Shown: one piece after another, positions 29,207-39,800 of the stretch | Layout: every line of letters begins with the position of its first letter | Numbering within the stretch: the stretch's first letter is position 1 | Source of the DNA: Bacteroidia bacterium | Lineage (GTDB): Bacteria > Bacteroidota > Bacteroidia > J057 | DNA length: 64,000 nt | Assembly: GCA_965263105.1 (NCBI GenBank) | Contig: CBDHGL010000006.1 | Location: 143,196 to 207,195 of the forward strand | Direction: 5' to 3' | Notes under the pieces: model-generated | Databases searched by the model: none | What the model was told of the DNA's origin: nothing | What the model saw: only the letters and a program-made list of their open reading frames with translations | Program-made: the position numbers and the translations under genes

Positions 29207-29435
29207 GGCCAGATTTTACCTCCACCGACAATTTCCTTCCACTCGTCGATTCAAACCTACATTTCACCGACTACTGGACACAAAAATAGCCCTCAATGGG
29301 GCCCAGTAGCCTATTTCCCCATTTATCGAAGCTGATTGTCATTCGTCGAAGCCTACCGCAAATTCACCTTAATTGGAGGAAAAGATCCTGCTCAACCCGC
29401 CATCTTTGTATCGTAACAAACAAAAACAGAATCAA

Positions 29436-29783
29436 ATGAAAAAATTTAGCACGCTTCTCCTCCTCCCTTTCTTTTCAACTCTGGCCATTGCTCATTCCCC
29501 CACTCCTTCCAATGACGTAACAGCCACCAATGACGAGCAAGAAATTTTGCTAAGCCCAGTAGGATTTGACAAAGTTCTCTCTTTGATCATTTTTGAAGTT
29601 GATCAACCCACCTTAAATGTCGAGCTATCCCAAAACAAGGTAGGCAGAATTTTCAACAACAGTTATAGCACCCCCGAGTCAGAAGTCCTCGAAATTGATC
29701 TATCTGACTTTGAAGCAGGAACTTACACCTTGAAAATCGTTTCCGGAGATTACACACAGGTGCACACCCTTATTTTACCCTAA
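29436..29783 (+). CDS. Small secreted protein with T9SS-type C-terminal sorting-domain-like tail
   Basis: A signal peptide is present (MKKFSTLLLLPFFSTLAIA). The C-terminal ...IDLSDFEAGTYTLKIVSGDYTQVHTLILP resembles a Por/T9SS CTD. Confidence 0.4.
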   Translation: MKKFSTLLLLPFFSTLAIAHSPTPSNDVTATNDEQEILLSPVGFDKVLSLIIFEVDQPTLNVELSQNKVGRIFNNSYSTPESEVLEIDLSDFEAGTYTLKIVSGDYTQVHTLILP

Positions 29784-29850
29784 CCCAGTCCTTTGCCAAT
29801 AAAATAATCTGCACGGAGGTTTTTCAATTTGTCATTGATTTTGTTTGAAT

Positions 29851-29879
29851 GGGGCTTCTCGAATGGGAGAGCCCCTTTT
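29851..29879 (+). terminator. Terminator-like hairpin overlapping the stop of the convergent M23 gene
   Basis: GGGGCTTCTC (29851-29860) pairs with GAGAGCCCC (29867-29875) with one bulge. It is followed by TTTTA. Confidence 0.5.
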
Positions 29880-30591
29880 ACTTTATGGTTTCCTTTTGGG
29901 GTCTATTTGCCTGGATAAAGGCTCGGGGAGCCAAATAACCTTTCCTCCTGGACGAATATCCTGACCTCATGGGAATGTCCAAATCCTCTCTAAGTTCTAG
30001 GTGTAGGTGAGCCAAAAAATGACCATTCGCAGTGCCAATAGTCGCAATCGGACTTCCACGCTCAACCCATTGCCCCTGATTGACCAACATTTCTCTACAA
30101 TGGGCATACAAGGACTCAAGCATGTCTCCCGATTCTAATTTATGGATCATCCGTATGGTATTTCCCCACCTTCCTCCAGGGTCCCCTCCAAATCGGACAT
30201 AGCCATGGGCTATAGCATAAATGGTATCTCCTAGATCGGTATTTCCCCCAGAAACGGCATTCCAATCTTCCCCTAAGTGTAGATTTTTACCGAAGCCCTG
30301 TGCTACATAATAGCCTGAGCCATGAGGTTTTCCTACGGGATAGTCAAATCCGTCTGCTATAAATCCTGGATGTTCAAAAAACAAAGAGTCATAGGGGGAG
30401 GCAAAAGAATCTGGTAGAAACCAGGGAAGATCGGCCATTGAAAAAGCTGCATCCAAGCTATTCCACTCTGCATCATAGCTTATGGGTATGATAAATTCGC
30501 GCTTCTCCTCTATGAGCAGAGTAGGGTCCATTCGCGTACATATCGATGGCACCAAAGCAAGTAGGAGTAAGAGATATCTAGAGGAGGACAT
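29878..30591 (-). CDS. M23-family metallopeptidase (secreted)
   Basis: A signal peptide is present. HLGEDW provides the HxxxD motif and GHFLAHLHLEL provides the HxH motif. Confidence 0.8.
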   Translation of the reverse strand: MSSSRYLLLLLALVPSICTRMDPTLLIEEKREFIIPISYDAEWNSLDAAFSMADLPWFLPDSFASPYDSLFFEHPGFIADGFDYPVGKPHGSGYYVAQGFGKNLHLGEDWNAVSGGNTDLGDTIYAIAHGYVRFGGDPGGRWGNTIRMIHKLESGDMLESLYAHCREMLVNQGQWVERGSPIATIGTANGHFLAHLHLELREDLDIPMRSGYSSRRKGYLAPRAFIQANRPQKETIK

Positions 30592-30596
30592 CAGGT

Positions 30597-31310
30597 TTAT
30601 TCGTCACAAAGCTCATTTCTAAGTTGAACCAGCCTCTGATAGATACGGACATTTTTTAAAGCCCCACTAATTCCCGTATGCAGATCTGCCTCGTGGGGCT
30701 CATCGGGAATCTTATAATTCTCCATAAATGCTTGACCTGTAAGATCTCGATACCCTAGACTCCAGGCCATAGAAGGAATATCTAGCACAAAATAGTGGAA
30801 CAATTCTCTCCAACTCCTCTCAACGGACCTGAATAAATGATCGAGAAAAGCCGCATCAAACTGGCTATTGTAGGCCACAAGTAGAACATTTTTGTCATTA
30901 GCTAGCTGCTGATGAAATGCTACAAGGGAATCCACAGCCTCTCTTGGAGAAAGTGCCTGATAGGCATTCCACTTCTTTACCGAAAACCCATTAATCTCTG
31001 CCGCTTTGGCTTCAGTCCTTTCAGGATGCTCGGGCATGATCCGAATAAAAAGGCTATCGATCACTTTTCCGTCGAGGTTTGTATACACCCATCCCATATC
31101 GATCATTTCATGGATACCTGGAATAAGTCCCGTAGTCTCTACATCTACATGAGCCAAAAGCCACTGATTGGGATTTTCCTCTGGCAGGAAAGAAGACCCA
31201 ATATTTTGACAAAAAGAGGCCTGGTGAGGAGTATCAAGGCAACCATAAGTTAATCCAAGGAGGAATACTAAATACTTAACTTTCAGCATGAAGGGGCTTT
31301 TAGGCGACAT
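30597..31310 (-). CDS. DnaQ/DEDD-like 3'-5' exonuclease-domain protein with predicted lipoprotein signal
   Basis: The Exo I motif is HVDVETTGL and the Exo II motif is LLVAYNSQFDAAFL. Exo III is unclear (PHEADLH). The N-terminus is MSPKSPFMLKVKYLVFLLGLTYGCLD, a lipobox-like sequence. The start is uncertain (31310 or 31289). Confidence 0.55.
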   Translation of the reverse strand: MSPKSPFMLKVKYLVFLLGLTYGCLDTPHQASFCQNIGSSFLPEENPNQWLLAHVDVETTGLIPGIHEMIDMGWVYTNLDGKVIDSLFIRIMPEHPERTEAKAAEINGFSVKKWNAYQALSPREAVDSLVAFHQQLANDKNVLLVAYNSQFDAAFLDHLFRSVERSWRELFHYFVLDIPSMAWSLGYRDLTGQAFMENYKIPDEPHEADLHTGISGALKNVRIYQRLVQLRNELCDE

Positions 31311-31417
31311 GAAGTAACTTTTTGAAAGAAATATACTACATACCCAAGGAAAAAATGGCAATAAGGCCTCAGGATTTTGTGTTTATTGATTAAATTGGAC
31401 GGCTGAAATACAGAAAT

Positions 31418-34400
31418 ATGGATTATAAACGAATAAATAATTTAACGGGCTGGGGAGTATTTGCTTTTGCCTGGATTGTATACCTGCTTACCATGGCGCC
31501 TACGGCCAGTTTTTGGGACTGTGGAGAATTTATTGCCTGCGCCAATGAATTGGAAGTTCCCCACCCACCGGGAGCCCCATTTTTCCTAATTTTAGGGAGG
31601 GTGTTTGCCACATTTGCCGGCACAGCGGAAAATGTTCCCGTAATGTTGAACATACTCAGCACCCTTTGTGCAGCCTTTACCGTTTTATTTACTTTTTGGA
31701 TCACCACCTATCTGGGGAAACGAATACTTGTAGAAAGAGACGGGAAGTTGAATAATATGCAAACCCTGGTAGTGATGGGGGCTGGGGTAGTAGGAGCTGC
31801 AGCATGTACCTTTGCCGATTCGTTTTGGTTCAATGCGGTAGAGGCAGAAGTTTATGCCATGAGTTCCTTTTTTACGGCCATCGTAGTATGGTTGATGTTC
31901 AAATGGGAAGAACGAGCCGATGAACCCGGAAATGAAAGGTGGATAATTCTTATCGCCTACCTCATGGGTTTATCCATCGGGGTCCACCTGCTAAACTTAT
32001 TGACCATTCCTGCCTTAGCCTTCATTTACTATTTCCGGAAATTTGACTTTACCTGGAGAGGCTTCTTGGTAACGGGTTTTATTTCAGTAGTGATATTGGG
32101 GGTCATCCAAACTGGGATTATCCTATACACCTTTGACATTGCCTGGGCCTTTGAAAAATTCCTGGTAGGGACCACCTTCAATAACGGTTCAGTAAAAAGT
32201 GGCCTCGGTATGCCTGTGGGTTCTGGAATTTTCCTCTGGCTAGCCATTTTGGTTGGGGGATTAATCTTCCTCACCTGGTATAGCAGCAAAAACAACAAGC
32301 CCATTTTGAATTTGGCAACTCTTTGCGCTATTGTGATCTATATAGGGTTCTCCTCATACGCTATGATCCCCATTCGCTCCAATGCCAACCCGGCCATCGA
32401 CGAAAATAATCCCGATAATAGCTATACCTTCCTCCGTTACATGAAACGGGAACAGTACGGCGATAGGCCTCTGCTACGTGGCCCTCTTTATAATGCCCAA
32501 CCGGTAGACTTTAAAGATGGAAGCATGGAATACGTACTAGACAAGGAATCTGGCCGCTACAGGGAATTGGGAATGAAGCGCAAATATGAATATAGGAACG
32601 AGGACATGAAATGGTTTCCCCGTATGTATTACGACCAGCAGAATCGCTGGCTAAATGGTCCCCACGCATACGTAAACTATGTCCGAAGGAAAGGTAGTAA
32701 ACCCAATGACCGAACGGATGACCGTCCTACAGCAGGTGAAGACTTCAATTTCTTCATGGATTATCAGGTATGGCATATGTATGGTCGCTACTTCATGTGG
32801 AATTTTGCTGGCAAGCAGGGAGATGTCCAAGATATGGACTGGGAAAGTGGGCTCAATGTGAATGAGGTATCTAGCATGCCCGATAATATCAAAAATGAGC
32901 CAGGGAAAAACCACTATTATATGCTCCCACTCCTATTAGGGCTATTCGGTCTGTATTGGCAATCCAAGAAACAGCGCCAAGATGCGATTGTAATTGGGCT
33001 CCTGTTTTTCTTCACAGGACTTGCCATTGTCATTTACCTCAACCAATATCCCATGCAACCTAGGGAGCGAGATTACTCCTTTGCAGGCTCCTTCCAAACT
33101 TTTGCCATTTGGATTGGGCTGGGTGTAATAGCCCTGTATGATTCCTTGAAGCGGTTTGCCAAGGGGGCCACTCCCTACCTGGCGATGGGCTTGGGTGTCA
33201 TTCCTCCCACATTAATGGGATACCAAGGCTGGGATGACCATTCGCGTGCCGGGAGGTACTTGGCCCCAGATTCAGCTTATAACCTACTCAACTCCTTGGC
33301 TCCCAATGCTATCCTCTTTACGAATGGAGACAATGACACCTTCCCCCTATGGTACATACAGGAAGTTGAAAACGTGCGGCCTGACGTAAGGGTTCTCTGC
33401 CTGAGTTATGTGAATACCGATTGGTACATAGACCAGATGTACCAAAAAGTAAATGAGTCAGAGCCTCTCCCCTTAACCTTAAAGCAAGGTCAGTACCTAG
33501 GGCAAAAAAGTCAAGGATGGAATCAGGGGAGCAAAGAAAGAATACGAATGCGACTGCCAGCCAGTATAGACCAGCTCAAGACGAATGAAGTCATCACTGA
33601 CAGAGAAGAAGAAAAGGTTCAAAATCCCATGACTTGGGATGTCCCTACCCGGGGAGGAGGAAGTATGAGATACTTGGAATTGAAAGACCGAGTGGTTCTT
33701 AACCTGATGGAAAACATCTCTAAAAATGGCTGGGATCGCCCCATATATTTTGCTAATACTGTTTCCAGAAGTTCTTATCTAGGCTTAGATAAGTACCTGC
33801 GCCTGGAAGGGATGGCCTATAGAATTACCCCTGTTGTAGACCCGTTACCGGCAGATCCCTATGACTTCTATGTAGGAGGGATTGAACCAGATTTGATGAG
33901 GAAAAATATTACGGAAAAATTCAGATACCGCAACCTCAATAATCCTCAGGTATACTACGATGAAAACTCTCGTCGTACCCTCATCAATTACCAAAGTATC
34001 GCCTACAGACTATCTAATTACTACTATAGGGAGGCACAAAAGATCTCTAATGCAGATTCCTTGGTCGCCTCCCCCATATTAGGAGTAGAGGGAAAATCCA
34101 TGAGTAAAGAAGATCAGGTTAAAACCCTCAATGACATGGCCAAGGAGCTACTGGACTTCACAGAAGAAAATTTCCCAATGGATGTGATTAATCCCGGCCC
34201 CTTCTTTTCTATGCGAACAGGGGTCATGTACGAACGTCTTGGAGAAGCGGAAAAGGCACAGGAGTTCATGAATCAGACCAAAGAAGAATGTATCAAAACC
34301 CTGAAATTCTATAGGAACAATAATGCTTCTTCCCCAAGACAAGGAGACTATCAAACTGCCTTGCGGATGCTGTATCAGCACTATGCAAGTACTGGCAAAC

Positions 34401-34462
34401 CCGAAGAAGCCAAGGGACTTCTGGACGAATTGGAAGCTGAGGGCATTTCCTTGGGTCAGTAA
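31418..34462 (+). CDS. DUF2723-family polytopic membrane protein (glycosyltransferase-C-like) with C-terminal TPR-like tail
   Basis: The N-terminus is GWGVFAFAWIVYLLTMAPTASFWDCGEFIACANELEVPHPPGAPFF. This is the hallmark DUF2723 start. Many TM helices follow. Confidence 0.75.
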   Translation: MDYKRINNLTGWGVFAFAWIVYLLTMAPTASFWDCGEFIACANELEVPHPPGAPFFLILGRVFATFAGTAENVPVMLNILSTLCAAFTVLFTFWITTYLGKRILVERDGKLNNMQTLVVMGAGVVGAAACTFADSFWFNAVEAEVYAMSSFFTAIVVWLMFKWEERADEPGNERWIILIAYLMGLSIGVHLLNLLTIPALAFIYYFRKFDFTWRGFLVTGFISVVILGVIQTGIILYTFDIAWAFEKFLVGTTFNNGSVKSGLGMPVGSGIFLWLAILVGGLIFLTWYSSKNNKPILNLATLCAIVIYIGFSSYAMIPIRSNANPAIDENNPDNSYTFLRYMKREQYGDRPLLRGPLYNAQPVDFKDGSMEYVLDKESGRYRELGMKRKYEYRNEDMKWFPRMYYDQQNRWLNGPHAYVNYVRRKGSKPNDRTDDRPTAGEDFNFFMDYQVWHMYGRYFMWNFAGKQGDVQDMDWESGLNVNEVSSMPDNIKNEPGKNHYYMLPLLLGLFGLYWQSKKQRQDAIVIGLLFFFTGLAIVIYLNQYPMQPRERDYSFAGSFQTFAIWIGLGVIALYDSLKRFAKGATPYLAMGLGVIPPTLMGYQGWDDHSRAGRYLAPDSAYNLLNSLAPNAILFTNGDNDTFPLWYIQEVENVRPDVRVLCLSYVNTDWYIDQMYQKVNESEPLPLTLKQGQYLGQKSQGWNQGSKERIRMRLPASIDQLKTNEVITDREEEKVQNPMTWDVPTRGGGSMRYLELKDRVVLNLMENISKNGWDRPIYFANTVSRSSYLGLDKYLRLEGMAYRITPVVDPLPADPYDFYVGGIEPDLMRKNITEKFRYRNLNNPQVYYDENSRRTLINYQSIAYRLSNYYYREAQKISNADSLVASPILGVEGKSMSKEDQVKTLNDMAKELLDFTEENFPMDVINPGPFFSMRTGVMYERLGEAEKAQEFMNQTKEECIKTLKFYRNNNASSPRQGDYQTALRMLYQHYASTGKPEEAKGLLDELEAEGISLGQ

Positions 34463-34497
34463 ATTAACCGATCATAAATAGGTACAACTTTTATTAG

Positions 34498-34532
34498 GGG
34501 AGGGTGAAAATTATCACCCTCTCTGTTTTTTT
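34498..34532 (+). terminator. Rho-independent terminator after the DUF2723 gene
   Basis: A ~10-bp stem pairs GGGAGGGTGA with TCACCCTCTC around the loop AAATTA. It is followed by TGTTTTTTT. Confidence 0.75.
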
Positions 34533-34625
34533 AGGCCAGCCTAACTTAATAGAAATAGGTGCTTTTTACCCTTATTTTATAGTCTCTGGGAGGGGTGCAG
34601 GAAGGAGATAAATGAACCGTAATAT

Positions 34626-35694
34626 TTATTTTGAAAACGCCTTTACCCTTTCTCCCACATTCTCTCGAATATCTAGCCAAAAATAGTTTACATCTGCGAT
34701 ATGATAATTTTTGGCCGGGATGGGCTTTACCGGGTTTTTTACCCACAATACGTTATTGACAATTTGAACTTCGCTAAAATTTCGCTTTATCGTTTTGAAA
34801 TCTCCTTTCAGAAAGCCTTTGTGCTGAGAAGCTGAGGCTAAGTCCGTGGAGGTCATCCAGGTCAACGGATTCACTACCACCGTATTTTTGTAAAACAGGA
34901 TATTTTTTTGTTTGAATCGGGTATTTTTTTTCCAGGTCGCCCATCCAATCATACATCCGGTTTGGTCAGATGAATTGCAGGGCTCAAGTACCTCAAACTC
35001 AGACTGGCGAAAGGTCAAGTACCTCAAACTCAGACTGGCGAAAGGGCCAACCCAGTAAATAAGCGGCGACAAGCTTCCCTTGAAGAGGTGTGCCATCAAA
35101 AAACTCCTGAAGTAGGCGGACGCCGTGATAGGATCCTTGACTATGTGCTGCAATAACAATGGGACGACCCTGATGATAATGATCCAAATAGTATTGAAAG
35201 GCCTGCTTGACATCCTGATATGCTAAATTTAAGGCCTTTTCTTTATCCAGGCTATCCTGAGGAGATTTGGGATAAAACCCCCCTAGGACCATTTGCCGGT
35301 ATCTGGGCGCATAAACCTTGCAAGAGGCATTAAAAGGGCTAGTTTGATGTTTGATAGTAGTACGGTCGATCCGTAGATTGAGTTCCTCATCAGTAATATC
35401 TGCATTCCAAGCTTCTCCTTTTTCGAAGATGGTCGGATAGATAAAAAATACATCTGCCTTGGCTGTAGCCTGACTTTCTTGATCTACTCCAGGAGGAACA
35501 ACATCAGCGGAATCTACCTTTTGGGGTAGGGCTGCCCAGTTCTGTTCAAGGCTATAGTCAGGAGCTGTCGGGAGCAATTCCGATGCAAAAGGTTCATCGG
35601 GTAAAGACAAGCGACTCGTACAGCTTATCATAATAACCGAGAATAAGGCCAGTTTAAGGCACTTGAGTAGTGTTCGAAAATAGATGCTTGTCAT
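34626..35694 (-). pseudogene. DUF3089-family alpha/beta hydrolase (lipoprotein) interrupted by a 31-bp tandem duplication
   Basis: The 231-aa ORF (34999..35694) and the out-of-frame 195-aa ORF (34626..35213) both encode FRQSEFEVL at the duplication. Removing one copy joins ...LLGWPFRQSEFEVL to EPCNSSDQTGCMIGWATW... and gives a ~345-aa protein. The N-terminus carries a lipobox (VIMISCTS). Confidence 0.75.
34984..35045. repeat. Perfect 2 x 31-bp tandem direct duplication
   Basis: TCAAGTACCTCAAACTCAGACTGGCGAAAGG occurs at 34984-35014 and again, identically, at 35015-35045. Confidence 0.95.
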
Positions 35695-35737
35695 ACGCGC
35701 AAATTAGGCTATTTTTGTATTCTAACCAGTATGTTTC

Positions 35738-36322
35738 ATGAAAGTTTCCGCTGATTTAGTTGTTCAAAGTCCTCCCGAATGGATAGAAGCCGTCATGGAT
35801 AATTTTGATGCCTTCCTTCAGGACCATGCTGACTGTGAGCGCAAGGCCTCAGCTATGGCTATGAGTTTTGTTGCAAAATATCCAGATAGGTTGGAAATAA
35901 TCCCCCTGCTAATCGAAACAGCAGTAGAGGAATTGGAACACTTCCAAGATGTATACAAGATTATGGAGGAAAGGGGGGTAACTTTACCCGCAGGAATGGG
36001 AAAGGATCACTATATACAGCAACTTCTAGACGCATGCCGTTCAGGGAGAGAGGATCGATTTATGGACCGTATGCTTTTGGCCTCAGTCGTTGAATGTCGA
36101 GGGGCAGAGCGATTTCGCTTAATCTATGAAAAACTTCCTCCAGGAGATCTCAAAAAATTCTACCACCGCCTTTGGGCCTCAGAAGCCAAACATGGAAACA
36201 TCTTTGTAGAAATGCTGTTTCACTACTTTGACAAAGACGCCGTATATAAACGACTAGAAGAGTTAATCCAAGTGGAAGGAAAGATTTTGAGGAGCCTGCC
36301 TATCCGGGCTGCTTTGCACTAA
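35738..36322 (+). CDS. miaE: tRNA-(ms2io6A37) hydroxylase MiaE (ferritin-like di-iron)
   Basis: PEWIEAVMDNFDAFLQDHADCERKASAMAMSFV...AVEELEHF...ECRGAERF...WASEAKH contains the typical MiaE di-iron ligand motifs. Confidence 0.75.
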   Translation: MKVSADLVVQSPPEWIEAVMDNFDAFLQDHADCERKASAMAMSFVAKYPDRLEIIPLLIETAVEELEHFQDVYKIMEERGVTLPAGMGKDHYIQQLLDACRSGREDRFMDRMLLASVVECRGAERFRLIYEKLPPGDLKKFYHRLWASEAKHGNIFVEMLFHYFDKDAVYKRLEELIQVEGKILRSLPIRAALH

Positions 36323-36744
36323 AATAGTTTTTCCATGACCACATAGGGAATATCTCCCTTGAAAAACCGCGTTTCTGTCTCTTGCATCCCAAATCTCTTG
36401 TAAAAGGATGCCGTTTCCACCCGAGCATTACACCACAGGCGTTTTACCCCTCTATTGACTGCCTCTTCCATCAAATGGTTCAACAGCTGAGTGCCATAAC
36501 CCTTGCCTTGGTCGGTGGTTAAGGTGGCAAATTTCCGAAATTGCGCCTCTTCCCCAGTAATAAATAAGGAAATCACAGAAACCAGCCTTCCATTTATGTT
36601 TATCCCGAAGTGCAAGCCCTCCTCATCTTTAGGCAATTTGACATAGTCTAATGGTTTTGAGGGCCAGAGAACTTTACGACGTATTTCCCACGTATCACAT
36701 GCTGGCAAAATTGTAAGAGTCCTGGTGGAATTTTCTCTATTCAT
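36319..36744 (-). CDS. GNAT-family N-acetyltransferase
   Basis: The acetyl-CoA motif QGKGYGTQLLNHLMEEA is present. The size is 141 aa. Confidence 0.75.
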   Translation of the reverse strand: MNRENSTRTLTILPACDTWEIRRKVLWPSKPLDYVKLPKDEEGLHFGININGRLVSVISLFITGEEAQFRKFATLTTDQGKGYGTQLLNHLMEEAVNRGVKRLWCNARVETASFYKRFGMQETETRFFKGDIPYVVMEKLF

Positions 36745-36828
36745 TTAGCAGTTTTTACGGATTACCAAGGCTAGCCAAACATATTTAAAATAATTTATTA
36801 TAATTGTAAATTATAAACAAGGTATTAA

Positions 36829-39800
36829 ATGTTTTGCAAAGGGCTTATTACGCTAATTTGCGTATTTCTATCGATTTTACCACTTCCTTCGCCTGCCCAG
36901 AAAGGAAGTATTCAGCCCTTTTTCAGACTCAATCTACCCCAAAATTTTCCCAATAAGTTTATTAACAGCATTATTCGCGATCAAAATGGCCTATTGTGGT
37001 TGGGGACGAATAATGGACTATGCCGATACATTTCGGAAAAGGAGCTAAAGGTATATAATTCCGATAATGTGGGGGAACTTAAGTCCAATATTATTGTAGC
37101 GCTCTTATCCGATTCACGTGGAAATATCTGGATAGGCACACGCCATGGGGGAATTACCCGGTATAATCCGAGGTCCAACCATTGGACTTCCTACATAAAT
37201 GACCCCCTCAATAGTAATTCTTTGTCCAACGACGATGTTCTCTGTTTATCTGAAGATCACAAAGGTAGGATATGGATAGGTACAGAAAATGGGTTAAACA
37301 TGTATCTGCCAGAAAAAGATTCTTTCTTTCGATTTACCCATAATCCTGCAGACAGCACGAGCCTCTCTGCAAACGCTGTTCTGAGTATTTACGAAGACCA
37401 CGCAAGAAGGCTTTGGGTAGGTACTTGGGCAGGCGGACTGTCCCTATTGATACCCAATGAAGCGAATATGCCTCAAAGCTACTTTAAAAGGATTTCCCTT
37501 TTAAATATGGATGGGAACCAAGAGAGCGTATGGAAAGTTTTTCAAGATTCAGAAAATAGGTACTGGATTTGCAGTCATTTCAGTGGATTGTATCTTATGC
37601 AGTTACCGAAAAATGCTTCTGCAGCAGCTGAAGAGCTATCCTGGACCCCTCATTTCCACAATTATGCTCATTCCTCTGAAGATTTTACCTCTATAAGTAG
37701 TAATACCCACATAGCTGATATTGGCCAAGACTCAAGAGGGCACCTATGGATCGGCACTTCTTATGGGCTTTCGGAAATCCCTGTCGATCAGTTACCCGAT
37801 ACTTCCCACTTCAATACCCCAACAGAAGAAAAACCTCCCATTGCATTTAGGCAGCATATTTATGATCCTTACAATATTAAATCGATCAACAGCAATAAGA
37901 TTACTACTATTCTGATCGATGAACAAGAATTAGTATGGATTGGAACCGATCGGGGAGTAACTCAATATAATTGGTTTGCCAGGCAAATAAAATTCTACCA
38001 AATCCACTCTAAATCTCATCAGAATGTTTACATAAGTGAAATCTTTGTTCCCCAAAAAGAACATGCTATTATTTCCTATTTCACAGGGGAGGTTATGGAT
38101 TATCACCTGGAATCTGGGGTATGCAGGCCTATCCATGAAGTGTATGACTTTATTGAACCTATCTCTGATGCCCTGCACTTCTTCGAATCAGATCGGGGTA
38201 TCCTGTACATTACCCGTAGGTCAGGCATAAGCAAAATTGATTTCAACAAAAGAACTACTATCCAATTAGCTATTCCCCTTCCCATATTAAATCAGTTGGA
38301 GGATTATCGGCTAAAGTCTGTTCATATAGACACTTCTCCAGGGGGGGAAGATAAAATATGGATTGGCAGTGAAAATGGCTTATACCTTGTTTATAATGAA
38401 GGCAAACAATTCAAGATCTTTAAGAAAGGGGAAGCCCTTAACTCAATTAGTGACAATTCCATCACGGACATTGAGGAGGACTCAACTGGAAGGATATGGA
38501 TTTCCACCCATAATGGATTAAATCTAGTAGAAGAAATAGGGGATTCAATCCATTTTAAATGCTTTCTTCATGATGCGAATGATTCCCTAAGTCTCCCTGA
38601 TAATCGTTTGTTGTCTATTATATGCTTAAAAGATCGATTAGTTCTGGGATCAAGGGGAGGCCTACTGGAATATAAATTTGCCCAAAAGAAATTTAATCCA
38701 ATCGGGAAAGATCTATTCTCTCATGCGATCATTTCCCTTATTTCCCCCAACGATTCAAATGTTTGGGCCATTACTGCCGACAAAATTCTCCATTACCACG
38801 TGCCAAGCGGACAAATATTGGACTATGGGGATATGGAAATAAGTTTTTTTGAAGGCTCCATACATATCGACCGTTTTGACAGGGTATTTGTGGGAGGATT
38901 CAGAGGCTTTGCAGGGTTTGAGCCTCAGAAAATCATCAAAAATGAACTACCTCCTTTGATAACCATTACTCAGATACAGACTTCGAGTCCGGTTAAGGAG
39001 GAGTCAATTGAAATTATGTCAAAGGAAAATATTACCCTGGGACACGATAATTATAAATTAACTATTTCTTTTAGTTCTTCTAATTTTAACCAAGCAGAGG
39101 AAAATCAATTTGCCTATCGGATGCTCGGCTTAGAAGAAGACTGGATATATACACCTTCTTTCCAACCTGTTTCTTATACCAATCTCAAACACGGATCTTA
39201 CCAATTTCAGGTAAAGGGAAGGAATAATGATGGGGTGTGGAGTGAAAAACCAAGGATATTAAATATCAAGGTAGAACCTGCCTTTTGGGAGACCCCCATA
39301 TTTAGGGTCCTTATAGGTCTAGTCAGTTTTGCTCTCATTTTTCTCTTCACTAATTTTTACACAAAAAATGTTCGGAATCAAAATCAAAAATTAATACGAG
39401 AGATATCTAAACGAAAGGAAATCGAGCAAGAGTTGATACACACAAACGCCCAATTAGAAAAATCCAATAAGGAGTTGGAACAGTTTGCCTTTGTGGCTTC
39501 GCATGACTTGAGAGAGCCTCTCCAAAGCATCGACTCATTTTCAACTCTTCTCAGGCGCGAAGAGTTTAAGGAAAGACTGGGAGAGAAAGGGAGCAAATAT
39601 GTGGATTTCATCAGCCAGGGGTCGATAAGGATGAAGGAAATTATTCAAAGCCTCCTTACCTACTCTACCTCTCGTCATGAAGAACTTCAGGTTCAGCTAT
39701 GTAATTTCCATACGCTAGTTCAGGAAAGCCTTACAGATTTATCAAAGATTATTAAGGAAAAAAATGTTCGAATTGAAGTAGCCCAGTTGCCTTCTGGATA

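Noticed and set aside
29207-29435. Short recurring motifs (TCGTCGA, CACCGAC, TCGAAGC, CCTAC, ATTCACC) upstream of the small T9SS-tail gene
   Set aside because: The matches are only 5-8 nt with irregular spacing. Similarity between the two longer stretches is weak. I cannot distinguish this from chance or assign a regulator.
34546-34746. 66-aa minus-strand ORF at the end of the DUF3089 locus, and the 60-aa ORF at 34774..34956
   Set aside because: Both are alternative frames of the DUF3089 C-terminal coding region or its 3' flank. They are explained by the frameshifted pseudogene.
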